Under the pieces are notes generated by a model. It was not told the DNA's origin. It searched no databases and was given only the letters and a program-made list of their open reading frames with translations. 50,175 nt of DNA, taken from IMG/VR virus record IMGVR_UViG_3300032753_000045, positions 1 through 50,175 of that record; one strand, written 5' to 3'. The translations under genes were made by a program, and so were the position numbers. This document shows, one piece after another, positions 1 through 8,025 of this stretch (the first letter of the stretch is position 1; every line of letters starts with the position of its first letter). The DNA is from a virus. Its lineage: Duplodnaviria; Caudoviricetes.

Positions 1-169
1 TTTGGCGTAGGAGATCCCCTCCTCATCTAAGCGGGCATAGGGGTAGCATAACACGCGCCCGCTCGGAAGTGCATACCAAAGATGCTGCGTATCATACAAA
101 TACGTTACGCGACCCGCGCTAAATTCATAGCCCGGATTACGCATCGCTCTGGTATAGGCTGACTCAAGT
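1..169. repeat. Terminal direct repeat, left copy (matches 50007-50175); circular assembly overlap
   Basis: Direct comparison: identical except positions 10, 13 and 43; 44-169 is identical. Confidence 0.95.
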
Positions 170-1659
170 TCTTGCCAGTAAAGCACCGCCCATTGGTTTG
201 CTCGGCGCCACGCGTCCACAGTTTTTCTAGCGTCAGATTCGGGAAGGATAACCCCGTAATTACGACCCATCGCAGCAAAAGCACCAATACCACCACCATA
301 ACCACATGAAAGAATAGCGACCTTGCCAATCTGTCTGCGATCAGGAGTAATGTCTGCTTCATCGCAATGGAAAATTCCCGCAGCTTCTCGAACATAAATA
401 TCCTTTCCAGTCCTAAAAATATCGAGGACTTCTTCGGCTTGAGGCTTATTCGATAGCCAAGGATTGCATCGCGCCTCAATACCCGCCCAATCCGCCACCA
501 CTAGGTATTTACCCTTAGATGGAATAATGGCTGGACGTAGCATCCCTTTTAGCACATCGGTCACTCTTTTGCCATAGCGCGGCACAATATCCTCGCCTTT
601 GACCATTGCATCGCGCACCAACTCAGGCTCTTTAGCGCATTTACGCGTAAAGTTATGCACCTGTAGCCCAAAGCTAGAAGCCCTTCCCGTAGCTGAACCG
701 CCATTAAACATAAAGGCACCACGAACGCGGTGATCCTCGATGTCAGCCAAATTCACCATCCGTTGAAACTTAGCTACAGATGAAGCCCACAAATCATCGG
801 CGCATTGAATGACATCGGCTACATGAGGTGGTACTTCGTCTGGGTTTTCGTCTGAAAAAGCGAGGAGAGTATTTCGGACGTTTTTGTCGATTGAATACTT
901 CTTTCGACCCTCTTTATAGCTCTCCATGAGCTTGAGCGCTTCTTCACCAACCCGCGACTGAACCCACTCCCGCATCTTGGGAGAACGAACTGAGGTGATT
1001 TCGCCTTCGGTGATCTCGACCACAAGTTTCTGTACTTCCGCGATTTCTTCTTTCGAGTACAACATAGCAGCTTGGGCAAGTGGTACGTCGACCAATACAC
1101 CCTTATCATTAATGCGCTCGTTGATATGGTAATCATTTAATTCTTCCTTCGATAATGGACGCATTGCTTGGCTGATACTTCGCATAGCGCGAACGTCCTG
1201 TTCGCAGTACTCAATCATTTCTTTCATCAAGATTGGGTCATTGTTAAATGTTCCATCCGATTGCGGAATAGATAAAGCGCGAACCAGTTGGGATCCTCGA
1301 AAATCTTTACGCATCGATGCGCCTGAGAACCGACCGACATCCTCCAATGATCCGGGGGCGCAGTTGGCTCGCGCTTGCGTAGCGGTGCAATAGAATTGCT
1401 CAAGCTTGAAATTAACCTGCAAAACATACCAAAAGATTAACCGCTCGAACGCAGCATTGTGAGCGTAAATCATGCCTTTGTGCCGCATGACTTCTTCTGG
1501 AAAAGGCATGTCAGGCGTCCACGTTATAACTTCGTTATTACCAAAAGCATACGACATACACAAGACCTCTGTAGAGATGTCTTGCGCGTAGTTGTACACG
1601 CCTCGCGTTAACAAGTTACAACGGGACTTGGTTTCAAAGTCAACCCAAAGAATGGTCAT
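1..1659 (-). CDS. polA: Family A DNA polymerase, N-terminal part (continues across the junction into 50006-49719; about 648 aa in total)
   Basis: Manual translation from ATG 1659: MTILWVDFETKSRCNL (exonuclease I motif), VVADWAGIEAR (motif A), RQIGKVAILSCGYG (motif B, Leu at the E. coli 762-equivalent position). Frame is continuous with ORF 49719-50150. Missed by the ORF track because it runs off the edge. Confidence 0.92.
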   Translation of the reverse strand, partial: MTILWVDFETKSRCNLLTRGVYNYAQDISTEVLCMSYAFGNNEVITWTPDMPFPEEVMRHKGMIYAHNAAFERLIFWYVLQVNFKLEQFYCTATQARANCAPGSLEDVGRFSGASMRKDFRGSQLVRALSIPQSDGTFNNDPILMKEMIEYCEQDVRAMRSISQAMRPLSKEELNDYHINERINDKGVLVDVPLAQAAMLYSKEEIAEVQKLVVEITEGEITSVRSPKMREWVQSRVGEEALKLMESYKEGRKKYSIDKNVRNTLLAFSDENPDEVPPHVADVIQCADDLWASSVAKFQRMVNLADIEDHRVRGAFMFNGGSATGRASSFGLQVHNFTRKCAKEPELVRDAMVKGEDIVPRYGKRVTDVLKGMLRPAIIPSKGKYLVVADWAGIEARCNPWLSNKPQAEEVLDIFRTGKDIYVREAAGIFHCDEADITPDRRQIGKVAILSCGYGGGIGAFAAMGRNYGVILPESDARKTVDAWRRANQWAVLYWQELESAYTRAMRNPGYEFSAGRVTYLYDTQHLWYALPSGRVLCYPYARLDEEGISYAK

Positions 1660-1853
1660 TTGCCTTGTTGATGCTTTCTGCCAGAACCTTTGCGGGTATG
1701 GCTTAGACTTTTAGTGTGATGCACTTTCTCGCTTTTGATGCTTAGCGATGGAAAAATGTTTTTAATATTTAATTGCGCCATTTTTACCATCAGCATCTTG
1801 ACTTCGCTGATTTGCCGACGCTCTGTCGGGTTTAAATTTGATCTGTCTACCAT
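1656..1853 (-). CDS. Small basic hypothetical protein (probable start MVDRSNL)
   Basis: ORF track 1656-1892; RBS AGAGGA precedes ATG 1853; stop overlaps the polymerase start. Confidence 0.6.
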   Translation of the reverse strand: MVDRSNLNPTERRQISEVKMLMVKMAQLNIKNIFPSLSIKSEKVHHTKSLSHTRKGSGRKHQQGK

Positions 1854-1876
1854 GATTTGTCCTCTAGTTAAATTAG

Positions 1877-1951
1877 GTGGGGCTACTCGCAAGTCTTTTT
1901 AGTCGTTCGTCCTCGAGTACTTGAGCTGAATAGTGTCAGTACTTTCACCCC
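1877..1951 (-). ncRNA. Putative structured RNA element, copy 1 (GGGGU-GAAAG...GCGAGUAGCCCCAC)
   Basis: Shares a 14-nt identical end and the GAAAG motif with 45812-45882; closing stem GGGGU/GCCCC; intergenic. Confidence 0.5.
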
Positions 1952-1957
1952 GTGTTC

Positions 1958-2632
1958 TTATACTGCTGCTCTGCGACGGCGAACTGGCGCCGCTGGTGCT
2001 GGAGCTGCTTCTGCTTCTTCTACTTCTGGCGCTTCTAATTCAGGCGCTTCTTGTGCAGATTCCACATTCATGGATTCAAAGCGAATTACACGAATCTTAG
2101 GGGTATAAACCTTACCATAAGACTTGTGCGTGTAGTGCTCAGTTTCTAATGCCACGATTGCTACTGGCGTAGTTGAATCTTTTTCAATTTGCTCAGAGAT
2201 CTCAACACCCAATGCTTGGATGGCGCGTTTGCCACCAGTTGCAGTGGTCGCCCAACGAGCTGTAAGTCCTTTGTCGTCGCCATTGATGCAAGTCATTTCC
2301 AAACCTACTTGCAACTCCCAACCTTTTTTAGCGTTGGCTGGTGCAGGCTCAAGTTCAGGCAATGGCTGATTGATAGGAACCATTTTCTCACCTAACACTT
2401 CAGACGCGCCCCAAGCGATGTAACCATGTACAAAACTAAAAGGATTGATTGCCCACTCAGAACCATCTTGAATTTCAGTCTGGTCAGATCCAAAAACCCA
2501 ATGACCTGTTTTGTCCATCTTGATAATAACGGTACCAACATCAGTGACGTTAGCCAAATTGGACTTTAATGCTTTAGATAAATCCGCTACTGCTGGAAGG
2601 TTTGCACCTTTAAATGTTGTCAAATTGCTCAT
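1958..2632 (-). CDS. Putative single-stranded DNA-binding/annealing protein
   Basis: Lies between the Cas4-like nuclease and PolA; acidic, Ala/Pro-rich tail ending RRRR; family recognised by eye. Confidence 0.6.
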   Translation of the reverse strand: MSNLTTFKGANLPAVADLSKALKSNLANVTDVGTVIIKMDKTGHWVFGSDQTEIQDGSEWAINPFSFVHGYIAWGASEVLGEKMVPINQPLPELEPAPANAKKGWELQVGLEMTCINGDDKGLTARWATTATGGKRAIQALGVEISEQIEKDSTTPVAIVALETEHYTHKSYGKVYTPKIRVIRFESMNVESAQEAPELEAPEVEEAEAAPAPAAPVRRRRAAV

Positions 2633-2644
2633 TGCTCTTTGCTC

Positions 2645-3769
2645 CTAGTTAAGTTTATTTAAGGCAGCGGTGAGTTGCTTGCCGATTTGTAAAACCTCTG
2701 GTCTGGGATCGCTCTCAGGTACCAAAGTACTGCCACTACTTACTGCTACTACTAAATCTTTTGGAACTTCTTTTTCAAAAGGCTTTAATGCTTTTTCCAT
2801 TTGCGCGGGTGATTTGAGTTTGCGTGGTTCATAAACTACGCCGCCTTCATATTTAGAGAAATGCAACTCGGCTTCTTTTTCGTCAGCCCATTGTCGTATG
2901 GCTCTCTTTGCTACAAGCTTATAGCCCGGAACTCTAACGTCGCTTTCCAACATCTGTTGTGCCAAAGCCCGAAGTTCTTTAATCCAATCCTCAAGGACAT
3001 CGGCTTGTTGCAAATAAGTTGAGATAAGTTCGGGTTTCAAATTCTTTAATGCGATCTGTGTCGAACGCGCAACCGAGTCGGTCATGATTGGGCAAACAGG
3101 TTTGGCGCGGCACCAGCGGCAATGTTTACCAGACTTCATTGGTGCGTCTTTACGCTTGGCTTCACGCACTGCTACTGCTAGCTCTTGCTCAAACTGCTTG
3201 ATACGCTCGATGCTTGTTGTCCAACGACGGATCTCAGGGGGTTGAACAATGATGATCTCGACGTCATCAACATCTTCAAAAGCCCATGCTGTGGCAGGCG
3301 TACGCATCGCGGCGGCGGCGTAGAATAGACCTTGATAGTTTTCTTCTGCATTGACGATGACGCCAGAGCCAAACTTCCAATCCAATACCTTGGCAGAACG
3401 CTCAAGCTTACCAATCAGATCTGTGGAACCGAATACGCCGGGCAAAAAGTCCCCAAAATCTACTTCAGCTTCCACCATGTAATCCATTTCAGACAATGGA
3501 TCAACTTGATTTAATAACTCTAAAGCAGGCAAAATCTTGTCATCTAATAGCTCTTGAGTTAGCACAAGCTTTTCGTATTTGAACCCAATCATGGATTCAG
3601 GTGGTAAATTTTTATCTAGGATTTCTGCGATTGCGTTATGTAGCAATGTTCCTTCATCAGCATACTTGCTAGAAGAGTTGGGGATGTTTTCGCATAGCTT
3701 GACCGATGCGGGGCAGTTGATTACCCGAGAAGCGGAAGAACCGCCTACAATTGCTGAATGCTTTGCCAT
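2645..3769 (-). CDS. Cas4-like PD-(D/E)XK exonuclease (DUF2800 type)
   Basis: HS..GGSSASR..NCP, FGSTD, VLDWKFG, QG..YA and C-terminal HCRWCRAKPVC motifs. Confidence 0.85.
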   Translation of the reverse strand: MAKHSAIVGGSSASRVINCPASVKLCENIPNSSSKYADEGTLLHNAIAEILDKNLPPESMIGFKYEKLVLTQELLDDKILPALELLNQVDPLSEMDYMVEAEVDFGDFLPGVFGSTDLIGKLERSAKVLDWKFGSGVIVNAEENYQGLFYAAAAMRTPATAWAFEDVDDVEIIIVQPPEIRRWTTSIERIKQFEQELAVAVREAKRKDAPMKSGKHCRWCRAKPVCPIMTDSVARSTQIALKNLKPELISTYLQQADVLEDWIKELRALAQQMLESDVRVPGYKLVAKRAIRQWADEKEAELHFSKYEGGVVYEPRKLKSPAQMEKALKPFEKEVPKDLVVAVSSGSTLVPESDPRPEVLQIGKQLTAALNKLN

Positions 3770-3800
3770 TTTTCTTTATCCTTTTTTCTTTAGAACTGTC

Positions 3801-3828
3801 AGTGTAACAGATTATTTTTTGAGTGCAA
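3801..3828 (-). promoter_or_regulatory. Putative sigma70 promoter for the leftward replication operon
   Basis: Minus strand TTGCAC-16 bp-TACACT with TG extension; shares AATCTGTTACA with the promoter at 5476. Confidence 0.5.
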
Positions 3829-3850
3829 CACTTTTTATGATATATTTCTT

Positions 3851-4132
3851 ATGAACGAACGCGAACGTGAGATAGAAAAGTATTTTGTTTGGTCAGTTGA
3901 GTCTATTGGTGGAAAGACCTATAAGTTTAAATCACCAACACAACGCGGCGTTTCAGATCGTATTGTTTGTATTCCAAACGGCAATACATGGTTTGTAGAG
4001 TTAAAACGACCTAAGGGTGGATACCTGTCGCCAATGCAGGAAATATTTAGAGATGATGTTGTAGCTTTAAAACAACGATACGCATGTTTATATACGAAAG
4101 AAATGATTAATGACTGGATTGTTAAAGCTTAG
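3851..4132 (+). CDS. VRR-NUC domain nuclease
   Basis: REREIE...KFKSP..RGVSDRI...FVELKRPKGG.LSPMQ motif pattern. Confidence 0.88.
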   Translation: MNEREREIEKYFVWSVESIGGKTYKFKSPTQRGVSDRIVCIPNGNTWFVELKRPKGGYLSPMQEIFRDDVVALKQRYACLYTKEMINDWIVKA

Positions 4133-5456
4133 GGACTATCAAGAAAAAGCCGTTGACTTTTTGTACGAGAACGATAGGGCGATGATTTTAGCATCAGTAG
4201 GCGCGGGTAAAACCGCGATTGCTTTAACTGCCATGAATGAAATGCTTGTTAACAAATTTGTTAAGCGCTGGCTAGTGTTGGCGCCCAAGCGCGTTTGCAC
4301 CGATGTCTGGGCACAAGAGCGTGACAAGTGGGCTAAGGGTTTATCCCTATCAGTTTGTATTGGCACCCCTAAGCAACGGCTGACAGCCCTTAGCTCCAAG
4401 TCCAAAGTTGTGGTGATTAACTATGACAACATTCAATGGCTTACTGAGCAGTATTTAGATTTTGATGGTATTGTCTTTGATGAGTTAACCAAACTCAAAA
4501 ACCCGTCTGGCACACGGTTCAAAGCCCTCAATAAAGTGCTCGATCCCATAAAGATTCGTTGGGGGCTTACCGGATCCTTTACCAGCAACGGTTTGGAGGA
4601 TGTCTTTGGTCAGTGCAAGATCGTTGACCAAAAGCTATTAGGTCGCAGCAAAGGTGCCTTTTTACAGCAATACTTTGTCTGTATCAACCGCGACTTTGGT
4701 GAATGGCAACCGCGATTAGGATCACTAGAATCAGTAATGCAACGTATTCGTCCTGCAACATTTCTATTAGAGTCATCGGAGTATAAGGATAAGTTGCCAC
4801 CATTGCGAACCGTAGAGATACGTTGCGATTTGCCAGATCGCGATCCCTACGAGAAGATGAAAAAAGACTTTGTACATCAGTTTCCCGAAGCAAAAGTAGT
4901 AGCTGCTAATTCTGCCGTAGTTACGCAGAAACTACAACAGATGGCATCGGGTTTTTGTTACTACACAGAAAAAACAGCGTCTAGTAATCCCGGGCAATTT
5001 GACATCAAACAGACGCCAGTGTGGTTTTCAGACCACAGATTTGACTTGTTAGAAGATTTGCTAGCCGAGAACCAGCGCGCCAATACGCTAGTTGTTTACA
5101 ACTACAAGGAAGAACTGGCTGAACTCAAGCGCCGTTATCCGCATGCCGTCACGCTTGATGATAAAGACGCCATCGAGCGCTGGAACGCAGGCAAGATAGA
5201 GCTGCTACTCATTCATCCCAAGTCCGCAGGGCATGGCTTAAATCTACAGCATGGCGGTAACAAGCTGGTGTTTATCAGTTTGCCTTGGAGTCTTGAGTTG
5301 TACGAACAGACCATCGGGCGATTGCATCGCAGCGGTCAAAAGCAAGAAGTTTGGTGCTACGTCTTGCTGACCAACAAAACCATTGACGAGCGCATCTGGG
5401 CGGCGTTGGCGGACAAGCGGGCGATTAGCGATATAGCGATTGAAGAGTTGAAATAG
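4110..5456 (+). CDS. SNF2-like superfamily 2 helicase
   Basis: LRDYQ, GAGKT Walker A, DELT, GLTGS, SAGHGLNLQ, QTIGRLHRSGQ. Confidence 0.92.
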   Translation: MTGLLKLRDYQEKAVDFLYENDRAMILASVGAGKTAIALTAMNEMLVNKFVKRWLVLAPKRVCTDVWAQERDKWAKGLSLSVCIGTPKQRLTALSSKSKVVVINYDNIQWLTEQYLDFDGIVFDELTKLKNPSGTRFKALNKVLDPIKIRWGLTGSFTSNGLEDVFGQCKIVDQKLLGRSKGAFLQQYFVCINRDFGEWQPRLGSLESVMQRIRPATFLLESSEYKDKLPPLRTVEIRCDLPDRDPYEKMKKDFVHQFPEAKVVAANSAVVTQKLQQMASGFCYYTEKTASSNPGQFDIKQTPVWFSDHRFDLLEDLLAENQRANTLVVYNYKEELAELKRRYPHAVTLDDKDAIERWNAGKIELLLIHPKSAGHGLNLQHGGNKLVFISLPWSLELYEQTIGRLHRSGQKQEVWCYVLLTNKTIDERIWAALADKRAISDIAIEELK

Positions 5457-5475
5457 CAAAAAAGCAACACAATGC

Positions 5476-5503
5476 TTTACAACACAAATAAATCTGTTAC
5501 AGT
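5476..5503 (+). promoter_or_regulatory. Putative sigma70 promoter
   Basis: TTTACA-16 bp-TACAGT with TG extension, upstream of a run of small ORFs. Confidence 0.5.
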
Positions 5504-5526
5504 AACTTATCTTGAAAGGATTAGTA

Positions 5527-5745
5527 ATGAAATGGCTTAAAAAGAAAGAACCAGTGAAGGTCTATAGCTGGAGATCATTAACCGATATTTTGGCAACACT
5601 GTCTGAAGAGCAAGTGTCTGAATTATTGGATCAAGAACTCGAAGGTGCCAAGCGTTGGTCTATCGTACAACGCTTGCATCAACGGTACACCATTCTCCGT
5701 GCAGCGCGAGAACGGGCGGAATTAAAGAAACAAATAGCTGCGTAA
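5527..5745 (+). CDS. Hypothetical protein
   Basis: ORF track 5512-5745; AAGGA RBS before ATG 5527. Confidence 0.7.
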   Translation: MKWLKKKEPVKVYSWRSLTDILATLSEEQVSELLDQELEGAKRWSIVQRLHQRYTILRAARERAELKKQIAA

Positions 5746-5769
5746 ACTGATTTAACTAGAGGAAAAATC

Positions 5770-5982
5770 ATGGCAAAAAATGAATATATTTGGACTAAAG
5801 CTGGTACCGACATCACTATCCGATGGAAAACACGGCATAACTGGGTACCGCCATCCGAGCAACAAGAATACAAAGATAAGTGGCGCTACTATCAAAATCT
5901 GCCTATTCGTGCTTTAGACGCGGACGCAAGAGAGATGTATGAAGTCGCTCTTCAAAAAGCTAAAGTGGCTCGAATTAAATGA
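5770..5982 (+). CDS. Hypothetical protein
   Basis: ORF with AACTAGAGGA RBS. Confidence 0.75.
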   Translation: MAKNEYIWTKAGTDITIRWKTRHNWVPPSEQQEYKDKWRYYQNLPIRALDADAREMYEVALQKAKVARIK

Positions 5983-6062
5983 CCAATGACGAAGCTATGG
6001 TATTTGCCGGGATAGTATTTCTTGGCTTTTTTATCGTAGCAATTCTATTTATTAGAGGATAA
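5979..6062 (+). CDS. 27-aa membrane peptide (MTNDEAMVFAGIVFLGFFIVAILFIRG)
   Basis: Manual translation; ATGA overlap with the upstream gene. Confidence 0.5.
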   Translation: MTNDEAMVFAGIVFLGFFIVAILFIRG

Positions 6063-6067
6063 ATAAA

Positions 6068-6238
6068 ATGAACGATTTATCGCATGACTTGATTAAGCTT
6101 AAAAAGCTTATTAATCAATTAGAAGTACTAAATGCCAATCCCGGATTGGTCGGAAAAAAATTAATTACAGATGCAGTAGAAGAGATTAAAGTAGCAGTTA
6201 TCCGACTAGAAATTCAGGTGGCGAATTATGCAGACTAG
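6068..6238 (+). CDS. 56-aa hypothetical protein
   Basis: Manual translation MNDLSHDLIKLKK...; AGAGGA RBS. Confidence 0.6.
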   Translation: MNDLSHDLIKLKKLINQLEVLNANPGLVGKKLITDAVEEIKVAVIRLEIQVANYAD

Positions 6239-6335
6239 TTGGGCTGATAAGGTGGCTATTACTGTAATAGTAATAGCCACTATCATTCTTCTTTCTGCCA
6301 TTCGCCTTGGGATACGATTGGGAGGCTGGGCATGA
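6228..6335 (+). CDS. 35-aa membrane peptide (MQTSWADKVAITVIVIA...)
   Basis: Manual translation; overlaps both neighbours. Confidence 0.5.
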   Translation: MQTSWADKVAITVIVIATIILLSAIRLGIRLGGWA

Positions 6336-6511
6336 CTACTTGGACATTATCTGAATTAAACGACAATACGAACGTAAAACCGAATGACTGCCCTGCGGTC
6401 ATTATTGATAGCGGCGCTAGCGTGGAGCCGATTCCGTTTGCGGGGATGGTTGATCTTTCGATTACAAACGGCGAACAAAAGATTGAAATTAAAAAGACAT
6501 GGGAGTTCTAA
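6332..6511 (+). CDS. 59-aa hypothetical protein (MTTWTLSE...)
   Basis: GGAGG RBS; ATGA overlap. Confidence 0.55.
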   Translation: MTTWTLSELNDNTNVKPNDCPAVIIDSGASVEPIPFAGMVDLSITNGEQKIEIKKTWEF

Positions 6512-6675
6512 TGGACGAAAAAGAAATAGCCAAATTGCAAGAAAAGTTGGCTAAAGCATTAGCTGACGCGGACTATTGGCGCCTCATGTACGATAAATTA
6601 ATTAAGCATATCGATCATCAAGATAGTTATGTGCGTCATTTAGAACAACAGGTTTGGGGAGGGAAAACATTTTGA
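6511..6675 (+). CDS. 54-aa coiled-coil hypothetical protein
   Basis: GGAG RBS; TAATG overlap. Confidence 0.55.
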   Translation: MDEKEIAKLQEKLAKALADADYWRLMYDKLIKHIDHQDSYVRHLEQQVWGGKTF

Positions 6676-7157
6676 GCGAAGATATTAATGATGATTGGGA
6701 AGGCACGCCGATTACTAACGCAGAATATAGGCGTATCAGAGAACTTCAAAAACGAGCATTAGAGGATTTGAAAACTTTTGAAGATAAACACCCAGCACCA
6801 ACATCGCAAGGTATTGGCGATGTTAATAGTACTGCTAAAGGTTCTGGCGCTCGCTATAACGATGGCAAACCCAACTTTAGTTTAATTCCATTGGTAACTT
6901 TGGAAGATGAAGCGCGAGTCTGGTCTTACGGCGAACGCAAATACGCTGCATGGAATTGGGCTAAGGGAATGCCTTGGTCAGTACCATTAGCTTGTGCATT
7001 GCGCCATATCTCGGCATGGCAGCGCGGGGAAGAGAACGACGAAGAATCTGGTTTGCCTCATCTTGCTCATGCTATGTGCAATCTGCGTATGTTAATGTTG
7101 TACAGTAAAACGTATCCCGAAGGGGATGATCGACCACCAAAGGAACTAATGCCATGA
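6672..7157 (+). CDS. dATP/dGTP diphosphohydrolase domain protein (DUF5664 type)
   Basis: GARYNDGKP..SLIP...YGERKYAAWNWAKG...LRH...DEESGLPHLAHAMCN signature; probable TTG start 6672 after GGAGG. Confidence 0.85.
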   Translation: MSEDINDDWEGTPITNAEYRRIRELQKRALEDLKTFEDKHPAPTSQGIGDVNSTAKGSGARYNDGKPNFSLIPLVTLEDEARVWSYGERKYAAWNWAKGMPWSVPLACALRHISAWQRGEENDEESGLPHLAHAMCNLRMLMLYSKTYPEGDDRPPKELMP

Positions 7158-7717
7158 GCTATATTTTGTACCCGTTTTTAGTCATTATTAATTTAATTGG
7201 CACTTTGCTAACGTATCCGTTAGCTTTTATCGTTGCTATTTGCTATAGCTATCAAGACGGCTGGTGCAATAACGCCACCGTATGGCAGAACAGCCCGCGT
7301 CTATGGAAGATTTTGTCGTGGTTCCAAGCCCCAGACAATAGCTTAGACGGCGACCAAACATTTCAAGCAAGCCATACCCCTTGCTGGTGGTCTAAAGTCC
7401 AATGGCTATGGCGTAACCCTTTCTATGGGTTTGCTGTCGTGACGTTTGACGGCTCTACTGGCATGTCATATTCAGGGGATCTACATTGCGATGAAAAGAA
7501 CCCGGGGCATATTTTGGTAAAAGGACATGGTTTATTTCAGTGGGTCTATACCAAGCATATTTTTGGTAAGTGTTTATATCTAAACTTTGGCTGGAACATT
7601 CGCGCGTTAGTTGACCCTGCTTTCATAACCCCGGATCAGTGGCATAACAATACCGCTCTGATTGCCAAATATCCTGCTACGTTTGCCTTTAGCCCACGGC
7701 TGGTAAGCTATCAATGA
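7154..7717 (+). CDS. Conserved phage membrane-associated hypothetical protein
   Basis: N-terminal hydrophobic segment; WFQAPDNSLDGD and WLWRNPFYGF motifs. Confidence 0.7.
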   Translation: MSYILYPFLVIINLIGTLLTYPLAFIVAICYSYQDGWCNNATVWQNSPRLWKILSWFQAPDNSLDGDQTFQASHTPCWWSKVQWLWRNPFYGFAVVTFDGSTGMSYSGDLHCDEKNPGHILVKGHGLFQWVYTKHIFGKCLYLNFGWNIRALVDPAFITPDQWHNNTALIAKYPATFAFSPRLVSYQ

Positions 7718-7860
7718 GTGCCAATCTCATCATCCTTACAGGCTTGATTTACGCTTACATTTGCGCGGAACAAGCATGGAAGGGGGATATTGGATTGGCT
7801 TGTATGTATGCGGGGTACGCTTTTGCCAACTATGGAGCGTACTTGCTGGCAACTAGATAA
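7714..7860 (+). CDS. 48-aa two-helix membrane peptide (MSANLIILTGLIYAYICAEQ...)
   Basis: Manual translation; ATGA overlap. Confidence 0.6.
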   Translation: MSANLIILTGLIYAYICAEQAWKGDIGLACMYAGYAFANYGAYLLATR

Positions 7861-7886
7861 TCTTTTATAATTGTTGCATTGCAACA
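7843..7886 (+). promoter_or_regulatory. Sigma70 promoter with an overlapping palindromic operator TGTTGCA-T-TGCAACA
   Basis: TTGCTG(7843)-17 bp-TATAAT(7866); perfect 7-1-7 palindrome at 7872-7886 across the expected start site. Confidence 0.6.
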
Positions 7887-7902
7887 TGAATAGGAGATTG
7901 CT

Positions 7903-8025
7903 ATGTTTGATTTTGAAAAGCCTTACAAGCAGTATGAAGAGTTAATAGAACGCGTTAGACAAGTAAACGAGTTCTGGCTTAATTCGGTGTTTTATTCAAT
8001 TAAAGAATTTTTTAAAATTAAGTGA
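7903..8025 (+). CDS. 40-aa amphipathic helical peptide (MFDFEKPYKQYEELIERVRQVNEFWLNSVFYSIKEFFKIK)
   Basis: AGGAG RBS; has its own promoter and terminator. Confidence 0.7.
   Translation: MFDFEKPYKQYEELIERVRQVNEFWLNSVFYSIKEFFKIK

Noticed and set aside
105-1427. Track ORFs 105-479, 819-1136 and 1227-1427 suggesting a fragmented polymerase, intron or recoding
   Set aside because: They are alternative-frame shadows. The polA start (1659), motifs A/B and the C-terminal ORF are all in one frame across the junction.
2645-3769. Cas4 as part of a CRISPR-Cas system
   Set aside because: It is a stand-alone DUF2800-type replication/recombination nuclease; no other cas genes or array.
6672-7157. dATP/dGTP diphosphohydrolase as evidence for a Z-base or 7-deazaguanine genome
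   Set aside because: No PurZ, DatZ, DpdA or Que-pathway genes are recognisable in this complete genome.
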